From positions 1 through 15,647 of the forward strand of contig JBDQPD010000081.1 in NCBI GenBank assembly GCA_040260805.1: DNA of 15,647 nt, written 5' to 3'. Shown here in pieces: positions 7,880-15,647 of the stretch. The position numbers were made by a program, and so were the translations under genes. The notes under the pieces are model-generated. The model was not told the DNA's origin. It searched no databases and saw nothing but the letters and a program-made list of their open reading frames with translations. The first letter of the stretch is position 1, and every line of letters starts with the position of its first letter. Origin of the DNA: Myxococcota bacterium (GTDB lineage Bacteria; Myxococcota; UBA4151).

Positions 7880-10177
7880 TTACTCCACTGGGGTTACGGT
7901 CAGCGTATAACCGGCCTCAGGCCGGGTATCGATCGAATAGATGCGCAGGTAGTAGGAACCTGAACTTGGGAAACGCAGCATGATCTCCTCATGATTGAGT
8001 AGACCCTCAGAGGTCGCCATCACCGAGTCGCGGCTAGGCGTCAAAAGCGCCATATCCAGGTCACCGTCAACCGCGTGGAAGTCTAGCTCAAGGCGCAAGC
8101 GCTGCCCGCGACGAACATCGAGTCGATACCAATCATCATCGCCATCACAAGCGACCGCTTGGATCGAACCTTCAGTGGTCAGCGAGCTCGCCGCTTCAGC
8201 GGTGTCGTTGGGCTCATGCGTATCGGGTCGGCAGTGATGATTTTCGGTGCTTGAGAACTGCAGATCATAAGCGCCGATTCCATCATCCGCAGAATAGACC
8301 TTTGCCATCACCGTGGTGGTTTGGCTGGTTGAGACCATCGCTTCAGCCTGACCTTCTGCGCTCCACACGCGGCCGAGGGTGTTGTTGCCTGTTTCGTCGT
8401 AGAAACGCACCGCCACTTGAGCTTCACGGTTTTCGTACACGGTGTTCGCATAGACGCGCCGGTTCGCAGGAACGGTTAGACGATACCAATCGACATCGCC
8501 TGCGCACATGCTCCGAGCCTCACGCAATGGCTCGGGAAGTTCGACCGGTGTCGCCGACGCCACGAAGTTGTTTGACTCATCGCCTTCATCAACATCTGGC
8601 GTGCATTGGTAGGGACCGTGTGCGTTGTAGGTGAGGTCATAGCGTAAGGCATGTCGGTCCAAAGCGCGGACCTCAACGATCAAGCTTTGAGCTCGAGCGC
8701 TTCGATAAAATAGACGCTCTCGATCGCTTCGCACCCCACGGCTCGCGTCAAGCTCGGTCACCCCGTCAGCAGCCAAGAGTCGAAGGTCAATGTCGCCCAG
8801 TTGATGATTAAAGTCGGTGATAAACTCGAGCGCGTGACCGGCTTGAAGATCGATCTGGTAATAATCCAAATCAAACTGGCATAAGGTCACGCCGTTGTAC
8901 TGATCCGGCTCCAAAATGCTGGCGAGGTCGGCCTGGTTGTTGCCGCCCTCACCTTCAAACTGATCCGGGTCACAGGGCTGACCGGGGGCTAGATTGAGTT
9001 GCAGCTCGTAGGGTGTGTTGCCGGCGAGATGAGCGACTTTGATGAAGTAGAAGGCGTCAGCGCCTGCTACAAAGCTAAACGACGCCGGCCCGCGCGGTGG
9101 GCCGGGTGCATAGCGGAGCGTTGAGATGCCGTCTTGTGCGACCAAGAACAGATCGAGCATCGAGCCTTCATCCATGCCCAGAGCCTGAACGGTCAGCTCT
9201 TCGCCTCGGTTCAAACGCACCGCATAAAAGTCGTTGTCGTCGGGGCATAAGGTCAGATGATCCAGGCGCTTGTCTTGACCTTCGATCACCACATCGGTCG
9301 CTGAGGCAAAGGTGTCATTGTCTTCATAGATGTCATCTCGGCACGGTCCACCGATCGGCTGACACAGACCGGTGACCACATCGCATCGCTCAGCAAAGCC
9401 GCAGTGCAGATCCGAGGTACACGGATCAGGTTTCGGGATGCAGATGCGAGCCTGAGGATCACAGATCTGATTTTCAGGGTCAGGACAATCAGCGTCGGTG
9501 CGGCAAATGTTATCGCTCTCGCACAAGCCCGAGCGGCGGTTGCATTTCAAGCCAGTGCCGCAGTGATCATCGCTGATGCACTGCACGCAATTTCCGACCG
9601 GGTCGCAAAACATACCTTCTTGGCAGTCTTGGTCTTGGGTCTCAACGCTGCACTCAGCGGCGCCAGCTCGCTGGCAGCGACCGGTCGCTTCATTGCAGAT
9701 CTCACCCGCTTCACAGGCGGTCTCAGGGAACTGCTCAGCGAGCGAACAACCCACCGACTCGATGCAGTAAAAATGAACGCGATCACAATCAAAGCCTGTC
9801 GGACAATCAGATCGACGAGCGCAAGGAATCGAGTCGCTAGCGTCTTGGCAGCGACCGAGCGCGCAAAACGTATTGAGCCCGCACTCGCTATCTTCGGAGC
9901 ACTCCGAGCCAAAGCCGTCCCGAGTGCGGCAAATTCCTTCGCTGACTGAGCAGTACTCGTAGCGCTGACATTCATTGTCTTGAGTACACGGTGGAATGGA
10001 CTCACAAAGACCGGTCTGAGCGCAGCGCAGACCTAAATCACACTCGCTGTCTTCGGTACAAGGAGCCTGAACCACAACGCCAGCGTCCGGAGCCGGAGCA
10101 GGGCCGTCATCACAGGCTGCGCTGATTCCAACAAATGGAACCGCAGCGAGGAGGAGAAGCTTAGAACGGGCGTTCAT
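7880..10177 (-). CDS. Protein B': lipoprotein with nine 4-Cys repeats followed by four PPC-like (pre-peptidase C-terminal) domains
   Basis: Lipobox ISAAC. ATG 10177 has GAGGAG 10 nt upstream (the track's TTG 10183 is less likely). CxxDxxC-x(5-7)-C-x(4-6)-C units, then four modules of C-x-x-D-x-x-E..N[DN] ... C-x(2-3)-D-x-D-[WFY]-Y. Confidence 0.8.
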   Translation of the reverse strand: MNARSKLLLLAAVPFVGISAACDDGPAPAPDAGVVVQAPCTEDSECDLGLRCAQTGLCESIPPCTQDNECQRYEYCSVSEGICRTRDGFGSECSEDSECGLNTFCALGRCQDASDSIPCARRSDCPTGFDCDRVHFYCIESVGCSLAEQFPETACEAGEICNEATGRCQRAGAAECSVETQDQDCQEGMFCDPVGNCVQCISDDHCGTGLKCNRRSGLCESDNICRTDADCPDPENQICDPQARICIPKPDPCTSDLHCGFAERCDVVTGLCQPIGGPCRDDIYEDNDTFASATDVVIEGQDKRLDHLTLCPDDNDFYAVRLNRGEELTVQALGMDEGSMLDLFLVAQDGISTLRYAPGPPRGPASFSFVAGADAFYFIKVAHLAGNTPYELQLNLAPGQPCDPDQFEGEGGNNQADLASILEPDQYNGVTLCQFDLDYYQIDLQAGHALEFITDFNHQLGDIDLRLLAADGVTELDASRGVRSDRERLFYRSARAQSLIVEVRALDRHALRYDLTYNAHGPYQCTPDVDEGDESNNFVASATPVELPEPLREARSMCAGDVDWYRLTVPANRRVYANTVYENREAQVAVRFYDETGNNTLGRVWSAEGQAEAMVSTSQTTTVMAKVYSADDGIGAYDLQFSSTENHHCRPDTHEPNDTAEAASSLTTEGSIQAVACDGDDDWYRLDVRRGQRLRLELDFHAVDGDLDMALLTPSRDSVMATSEGLLNHEEIMLRFPSSGSYYLRIYSIDTRPEAGYTLTVTPVE
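9362..10060 (-). repeat. Protein-level tandem array of nine 4-Cys minidomains (36 Cys) in B'
   Basis: Units begin CTEDSEC, CTQDNEC, CSEDSEC, CARRSDC, CSLAEQFPETAC, CSVETQDQDC, CISDDHC, CRTDADC, CTSDLHC. The DNA is diverged, with no exact nucleotide repeats seen. Confidence 0.85.
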
Positions 10178-11672
10178 ACGCAAAGGTCTCCTCTAAGTCG
10201 CGAAAGTTCAGGTCAGGCCAGTCGAGCTGCAGCGCTTTCCACATGGTCTGATCCTCTTCAAAAGCGATGTAGGTCTCATGACGAAGCATACCGTGAACAT
10301 ACACCCGAACCGTTCCGGTGGTCGGTGTACGAGCCTCGCCTTGTTGGTTGTCGTTCCAGTAATGAACCCAAACCTGAAAGGTGTCTGTAGCCGGCTCGCG
10401 CAGGTTGATGTTCTCAGGTCCAAACCCGCGCTGATCATCGATATCTAGGCGGGGATGATTTGCCTCTTCTGGGTACCAATCATCCGGGAATCTATTCGAG
10501 AAATAGGCGTCATAACTGGCATCGAATGGATGGTACTCAAGCGCCTCATCACCTCGTAAGAAGTGGAGATCCAAGTCCGCTTCAGGGTGGTCCCAAGTCA
10601 GCTGGATATGCAACGCGTCACGAGGCACCGCTCTAAAGGTCACCACAGCCGGCTCGACCGAGCGAACACCCATGGTGTCCACCACATGCAACTCAACGGT
10701 GTAATCGCCCGCTAGATCGGCGGTGATACCAGCCTCAGCTTGGTCGGCGTCTTCAATCGATGCCGTCGATCCAGGGGGGCGGCGAAGCAAAGACCAGTTA
10801 TAGGTCGCAATGGTCAAACCCTCAACCGGGCTGTTGCTCGTGCGACCGTCAAAGACGATCTGATCAAGGGGCTCAATCCGGTCTGGGTCATTCACAAGCT
10901 GAGCCTGTGCGATGGGCGGCTGGTGCCCTTGTCCGACCAAGGACACTTCCACCATTGGGCGGTTGATGTCATTGCTCTTGATCTGCAAAACGCCGCTGTA
11001 TTCTATTAATTCGACCGGCTCGAATGCGATACGAAACTGAGCCGTCAGCCCGGGAGCGATCGCTTGACCCACCATGCTCGCTGCGCCCACTGCGCGAAAC
11101 GGGCAAACATCAGCGTCAGGGCAGGCGACCAAGACCTCACCCACGAACAAATCGTTTTGTCCTAAGTTCCCGACCGTGACGGGCAGTAAGCCCGTATCAC
11201 CCACTGCGGTTGGACCAAAGTCTAGCGCCTCAGGATCAACGGTGATCTCGGGGGTCCCCAGATCGACACCAGTTCCTCGCAGCGGGACCTCAATGGTGCC
11301 GATGTCTGCGTCCAAAGTCTCAAGGATCAAGCCCCCCTCAAAGGCGTCCTCAACGACCGGCGCAAAGGTCACGTCCAGAAGCGCGGTGGCGCCACTCGGA
11401 ATCAAGGTCGGGCATTCACCGACTGTGAACACCGGCTCGGTGTCGTCCGAGCGTTCACAGCGAACGATCTCGACGCCGACAATGCTGGGGTTTGCCAGGC
11501 TGATCTGAACCGTTTTCGACTGCGCTAAACCGACCTCACCAAACTCAACAGGGTTGGGCGTGACCTCGAGCTGATGCGGGACCTTGATGATCTCGTCATC
11601 ACCGCAACTACAACCCCCGAAGCTCAGCCCAATGGCGAGCGCGGTCAGTACACCGCGTCGAGCACTCATCAT
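10161..11672 (-). CDS. Protein A': lipoprotein with two ASH/choice-of-anchor-D-like Ig domains, a PKD-like domain and a C-terminal YfaP/DUF2135-like domain
   Basis: Lipobox FGGC(SC). LEVTPNPVEFGEV and ITVDPEALDFGPT start the two Ig units. PPIAQA..FDGRTS..YNWSL..GDYTVELHVVD is PKD-like. LHIQLTWDHPEADLDLH ... LDIDDQRGFGPENINL is YfaP-like. Start at 11672 or 11669, both overlapping the upstream TGA. Confidence 0.8.
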   Translation of the reverse strand: MMSARRGVLTALAIGLSFGGCSCGDDEIIKVPHQLEVTPNPVEFGEVGLAQSKTVQISLANPSIVGVEIVRCERSDDTEPVFTVGECPTLIPSGATALLDVTFAPVVEDAFEGGLILETLDADIGTIEVPLRGTGVDLGTPEITVDPEALDFGPTAVGDTGLLPVTVGNLGQNDLFVGEVLVACPDADVCPFRAVGAASMVGQAIAPGLTAQFRIAFEPVELIEYSGVLQIKSNDINRPMVEVSLVGQGHQPPIAQAQLVNDPDRIEPLDQIVFDGRTSNSPVEGLTIATYNWSLLRRPPGSTASIEDADQAEAGITADLAGDYTVELHVVDTMGVRSVEPAVVTFRAVPRDALHIQLTWDHPEADLDLHFLRGDEALEYHPFDASYDAYFSNRFPDDWYPEEANHPRLDIDDQRGFGPENINLREPATDTFQVWVHYWNDNQQGEARTPTTGTVRVYVHGMLRHETYIAFEEDQTMWKALQLDWPDLNFRDLEETFAYERPF

Positions 11673-14600
11673 TGACCCGCCGTCACCGTCAGGTTGTATT
11701 CCGTACGACCCTCAGCGCCGGTGATTTGAAGACCATAAAACCCGAAGGCTTCAACGCCTTCGAAGGTCAACTCATGAGTCTCGCCGTCGCGCTGGCTGGT
11801 CGCCACCGCATCGCCCGCATTATTTTGCCCATCAAGAGCGTGCAGCGTCATCGACATGCCTTCAGGTCCGGTGGCTTGAACGGTGATGGTCTCGCCCGCA
11901 ACAACCACCATACGATACCAGTCAGCGTCCGAGCATAAGACCAGGTCTCGTGCCCAGTTGAAGTTACCGCCTGCGGGACGAATCGTCACCGCATCGGTGC
12001 TGGTGTCACCACCTTCAGCCTCAAGCTGGTCGTCGCGACAGCCCTCGGTGTACTGAGCACGCAAGGAGTACATCTGAACCGCTTGACCGCCATTGAAACG
12101 CTCGACCATCAGGTAATGGTCGCCGCCGTCCGTGCGATCGAGCTCAATGCGCTCATTATCGTCCATGCTGCCACCCACTGCGATGGCGCGCTGTGATGCG
12201 TTGTACAAGTACATGTCCACGTCGCCTTGAGCGTGCGTGAAGTTCGCTTCGATCACCACGGGGGTGTCAGCGACCGTATTAAGCATATACCAATCAATAT
12301 CGGTGGGTCCGCACAGGTGACGATCCACGGCTTGAGCCGATGAGCTTAGATACGCCGATGCGTTATTCGACTCATTCGGCTCGCCTTCAGCCTGCGGGTC
12401 AGGGCAGATGTCGCCCTGTTCAACCTGAACACGAAGATCAAACGGCACATCGGTTCCGCGATCTTCTTCGGTCGCTGCTTCGTTCCAACCCACGTAGGCA
12501 TAGATCGCTCGAACTTGACCGGTCGAATTGACCGCCGTGGCGCGCTTGAACCCAGTCGGACCGCTACCGTAATCAACGATCGAGGCTGCATCGAGCAGGC
12601 GCAGATCCAAGGGAAAACGCGGGCTGTTGTCGAGGCGAACGTCCAGCGTCTGACCAGGATCAAGGTCGATGCGATACAAATCCACATCCGACCCTGCACA
12701 CATCGCACCGTCACCGACCGTCGCCGAACCGTCTTGGTTCGGTTCCACCCGCTGAGCCGAGTCACGGTCACCGCCTACGTCGCGCAGTCCACGACAGCTA
12801 AACGGAGGGTTGACGTCGACTCTGAGCTCGTAGCGGTTCGCGTCCTCAGGCAGCGTCGCTTCCGGCGCAACCGTCACCACCAGGTACACGTTTTTAGCGT
12901 CGTCCTCATTGGTCCACTCGAGACTGGGTACATCTTGGTCTGGAGTCGACTCAGCGAGTATGTCTTGGGCGTTGGTACCGAGCAAGCGAACCGCAAGATC
13001 GGCATCAGCTGCCATACTCACCTGGACCGTGTGCCCCGAGGGGACGCGGAACGAGTAGGTGTCAATGTCTTCAGCGCACAGAAAGCGTCGCATCTGAACC
13101 GTGTGGTCGCCCACACTCAAACCGGTCGCTTCTTGACGTGAGTTGTTGGGCTCATCGATCTCGCATGGCGGCGGCGTTGAGAGGTTCACGCGCAGGTTGT
13201 ACGGAAACACGTCTGCGTCAGTTGCTGCGGTGCGAACTCGGAAATAATAAGTCCCTGCATTGAGCGCGGTCGCCGTCGCGGTTCCCGTCCAGTTGCCATC
13301 ACGCAACCGAGCCTGACCGACGACATTTCCGGTCTCAGGAGCGATGATCTCAAGGTGGAAAGGCGCCGAGGGCGGCAGCGCAGCATGACAACGATTGTTC
13401 AAGCAAAAGGCGTCGTCTTGAAGCTGGCGACAATGCGACTCTCGAGTGCACTCTAACTCTTCATCAAGCACTCGAGCGAAAGCCGCTTCGTCCAAGGTCA
13501 GCGTCGCATCAATGCTCTGTCCATCCTCAATCGTCAGACGATACATATCTAAATCACCACGACACAAAACCTGCGTTGAGGTGTAATAAGACGGGCTCTC
13601 CTCGCCCTCTTGGAAGGGCGCCAATGAGGTCGCGGTCGTCACGCCGTTGTTCGGCTCGTCTTCGCCGTCACCTTCACAACGAGGCTCAGGCAGCGCGCAG
13701 CGCCACATCTGCGTGTCGCAAAGCCACCGAGTGTCACCACCATTTTGAGTCTGACAGTCCTCGTCCAAGTTGCACAAAGGCAAGACGCATTCGTTGTTAC
13801 CCGAAGCGCAGCGCCGGCCCGTTGGAGCGAGGCAGGTGCGATTGGGCTCATCGTTGGTACCGATGTTCTCGCAATAGGTCTCCGGCGGGCACTCGATGTC
13901 GGTGTTGCAGCTGACCGGCTCAGGCAATGGAGCCATGCAATCGACATCTCGCTGACAGCCGCTTGAGCCGACACACTGGCCCAGGGCTAAGTTGCAGTGC
14001 GTTCCCGTGCTAAAGCGACAGGTCGAGACGCCGTTACGATCGGCGACGCACAAGGTGCCTTGGGAGCAATCAGCCTGCGACTGACAGGGGTCGCCGCTTG
14101 CCTCCGTCGTGCACTCGAAATCGCTCATGCACTGGACGCAGCGGCCGTCGGTGCGACCCACTGGAACATGACAGATTTCACGCTCACGGCACACTTCAGC
14201 TTCGGTCGCTTCGGTGCATTCACCGATCTCAATATCACGGCATACGTTGGCGTCTTGATCGCACTCTTGACCTTCACTGCAGGCGAGCTGCGGGAAGTAG
14301 TTTGCGAAGCGGCAACCCAAGTCTTCAACGCACGCGTTAGCGGTCGGGTGGCACCGTTGCCCCGAAGGACAGTCACCATCGCGAGCGCACGTTGGGCGCA
14401 TGCAAGCAAGGGTCTCACAACGGCCGGTGTCGGCGTTGCAGGAGCTCCCTGAGCAGTCCGAGTCGGTGACGCAATCATTACCCATATCGACCGGGGTACA
14501 CTGAACCACTTGGACGGGGTCGGCGGCGCGGCTTGGGTCTTTAGCGCAGTCGGTGTGACGCAAGTTACCGTTGTCTTCACGGCTGCACGCGCGGGTCCCT

Positions 14601-14968
14601 GCGTTCAAGCAGTTACCACCCCAACAAAAGCTCAGCGCCGGACATTCTGCATCAATCGTGCATTCGCAGCCAATACCGCCACCGAGATCGCAAGGCGGGC
14701 GGCAGGTGTTGCTTTCGGAATCACAGGCAAAGCCCTCATCGCAGTCGTCATCATAACCGCACTCACCGGACTTACAGATGCCATCAACGCGATCACACCA
14801 GCGCCCGCGACCGCAGGCGAAACCAACGCCCTCATCGATCGCAGATTGGTTCGATGCCGAAACGCAGCGAGCCGAGAGCTCACCTGCGTCGGGAGTAATC
14901 TGGGTTGTCGTTCCCGAACAACCCACGAGGGCGGCAAGCGCCACGAGCGTAAGAAGACGAAACTTCAT
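11669..14968 (-). CDS. Protein B: 1099-aa lipoprotein with an expanded, nested 4-Cys repeat region and five PPC-like domains; paralogue of B'
   Basis: Signal and lipobox MKFRLLTLVALAALVGC with AAGGAG RBS. Cys array at 13697-14866. Five modules marked by LCRGDLDMY, LCAEDIDTY, MCAGSDVDLY, LCGPTDIDWY, LCSDADWY. Confidence 0.82.
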   Translation of the reverse strand: MKFRLLTLVALAALVGCSGTTTQITPDAGELSARCVSASNQSAIDEGVGFACGRGRWCDRVDGICKSGECGYDDDCDEGFACDSESNTCRPPCDLGGGIGCECTIDAECPALSFCWGGNCLNAGTRACSREDNGNLRHTDCAKDPSRAADPVQVVQCTPVDMGNDCVTDSDCSGSSCNADTGRCETLACMRPTCARDGDCPSGQRCHPTANACVEDLGCRFANYFPQLACSEGQECDQDANVCRDIEIGECTEATEAEVCREREICHVPVGRTDGRCVQCMSDFECTTEASGDPCQSQADCSQGTLCVADRNGVSTCRFSTGTHCNLALGQCVGSSGCQRDVDCMAPLPEPVSCNTDIECPPETYCENIGTNDEPNRTCLAPTGRRCASGNNECVLPLCNLDEDCQTQNGGDTRWLCDTQMWRCALPEPRCEGDGEDEPNNGVTTATSLAPFQEGEESPSYYTSTQVLCRGDLDMYRLTIEDGQSIDATLTLDEAAFARVLDEELECTRESHCRQLQDDAFCLNNRCHAALPPSAPFHLEIIAPETGNVVGQARLRDGNWTGTATATALNAGTYYFRVRTAATDADVFPYNLRVNLSTPPPCEIDEPNNSRQEATGLSVGDHTVQMRRFLCAEDIDTYSFRVPSGHTVQVSMAADADLAVRLLGTNAQDILAESTPDQDVPSLEWTNEDDAKNVYLVVTVAPEATLPEDANRYELRVDVNPPFSCRGLRDVGGDRDSAQRVEPNQDGSATVGDGAMCAGSDVDLYRIDLDPGQTLDVRLDNSPRFPLDLRLLDAASIVDYGSGPTGFKRATAVNSTGQVRAIYAYVGWNEAATEEDRGTDVPFDLRVQVEQGDICPDPQAEGEPNESNNASAYLSSSAQAVDRHLCGPTDIDWYMLNTVADTPVVIEANFTHAQGDVDMYLYNASQRAIAVGGSMDDNERIELDRTDGGDHYLMVERFNGGQAVQMYSLRAQYTEGCRDDQLEAEGGDTSTDAVTIRPAGGNFNWARDLVLCSDADWYRMVVVAGETITVQATGPEGMSMTLHALDGQNNAGDAVATSQRDGETHELTFEGVEAFGFYGLQITGAEGRTEYNLTVTAGQ
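13697..14866 (-). repeat. Protein-level array of about thirteen 4-Cys minidomains in B, three of them nested within other units
   Basis: Units CGYDDDC, CTIDAEC, CVTDSDC, CARDGDC, CMSDFEC, CQSQADC, CQRDVDC, CNTDIEC, CNLDEDC plus longer-loop variants, parsed by hand against the B' array. Confidence 0.78.
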
Positions 14969-14976
14969 GCTGTCTT

Positions 14977-14982
14977 CTCCTT
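14977..14982 (-). promoter_or_regulatory. Shine-Dalgarno site (AAGGAG) for gene B, overlapping the TAA of gene A
   Basis: Minus strand reads AAT TAAGGAGAAGACAGC ATG. Confidence 0.8.
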
Positions 14983-15647
14983 AATTCTGAGGTGGGATCG
15001 GGTCGACCGGTCGCTGGGTCGGCTGGCAGACAAACCGCGAGCCGCGGCACAAGCGCTGCTCGCACACACTGTCGACGCTGCAACCGTAATCAGCCGGGCA
15101 ATCTTGATCACCAACGCAAGCCAGAGCCGTCGTATCCACAGCGCAGGTCTGCCCATTACGGCAATCCGTATCATCGTTACAAAGACCACCCTTTTCGGTG
15201 GTGATCAGCACAGCCTCCCACCAGGCACCCGTATCTTGCATCAGCGCATCCACTTCACAGCTCAAGAGACCATAAAGGTACACTCGAAGCGTTGCGATCG
15301 TCTCGCGAACACCGCCGTTGGTCGGCCGCGCGGTGAAGTAATGAGCACCGATGAGGTAATCAAAGCGATTGGGTTGATCGACCGTAATATTCTCGGGACC
15401 GTACCCGTTAACATCATCGATATCGAGCTGAGCGCCCCAATCGAGCTGCTCGCGGCAGTTTCGATAAAAGCAGTCCAAGTTGGTGTCACGGTACACGCGT
15501 GAGTCACCGCCACGAAGCATGTGCACATCAGCATCCGAGGTCGGATGATCCCAAATCAACTGAATCGCAATCGCATCTTGCGGGATCGCTTCGAACTCCA
15601 CCACGCAAGGCTGTGAGCGCACGCCGAAGTTGTCACGCACAATCAGC
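14981..15647 (-). CDS. Protein A (5' end beyond the window): end of a PKD-like domain plus a YfaP/DUF2135-like domain with a Cys-rich insert; paralogue of A'
   Basis: The frame is open to the window edge (..LIVRDNFGVRSQPCVVEFEAIPQDAIAIQLIWDHPTSDADVH) and aligns with A' (LHVVDTMGVRSVEPAVVTFRAVPRDALHIQLTWDHPEADLDLH). It also has LDIDDVNGYGPENITV. Confidence 0.85.
   Translation of the reverse strand, partial: LIVRDNFGVRSQPCVVEFEAIPQDAIAIQLIWDHPTSDADVHMLRGGDSRVYRDTNLDCFYRNCREQLDWGAQLDIDDVNGYGPENITVDQPNRFDYLIGAHYFTARPTNGGVRETIATLRVYLYGLLSCEVDALMQDTGAWWEAVLITTEKGGLCNDDTDCRNGQTCAVDTTALACVGDQDCPADYGCSVDSVCEQRLCRGSRFVCQPTQRPVDPIPPQN

Noticed and set aside
13553..13561. RGD tripeptide in B (also one in A')
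   Set aside because: It is part of the C-x-x-D-x-D motif, is not conserved in the other modules, and is expected by chance.
7880..14968. Naming B/B' as TraA, CglB/CglD, EGF/Dickkopf proteins or peptidases
   Set aside because: No PA14, VWA or MYXO-CTERM features and no protease catalytic motif were seen. The repeat is a 4-Cys unit rather than 6-Cys EGF, so no gene symbol is given.
14510..15502. 330-aa plus-strand ORF, and similar ones (12515-13141, 9404-9949, 11074-11508, 13997-14452)
   Set aside because: Antisense shadows of well-supported genes, with no motifs or RBS. Long stop-free antisense frames are expected from codon bias in GC-rich DNA.
1..15647. CRISPR arrays, tRNA/rRNA, IS elements, DGR-like template/variable repeats
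   Set aside because: No exact or near-exact nucleotide repeats, transposase, integrase or reverse transcriptase were seen by eye. The repeats are visible only at protein level. A self dot-plot would confirm this.

Overview
Densely coding bacterial window with ten genes and no recognisable rRNA, tRNA, CRISPR array or mobile element. The Cys-rich PPC lipoproteins, DAG linkers and GCxC lipoprotein start suggest a Myxococcota/Bradymonadia-like organism (inference). The left half holds a 3'-truncated glucose-6-phosphate isomerase that the ORF track misses, a class-V PLP enzyme, a divergent lipoprotein alpha/beta-hydrolase coupled to a stand-alone MprF-type aminoacyltransferase domain (DUF2156), and MgtE. 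The right half (6463 to the window end, minus strand) is a tightly coupled operon of surface proteins arranged A-B-A'-B'-C. A' is a lipoprotein with an Ig stalk and YfaP/DUF2135-like head, and A is a paralogue seen only at its C-terminus. B/B' are lipoproteins with a 4-Cys minidomain array plus Cys-paired PPC-like domains, and C is a basic PEGA-like repeat protein. The most unusual signal is that the 4-Cys minidomain is nested inside other copies of itself and inserted into unrelated domains. All family calls come from motif recognition by eye; no searches were run.
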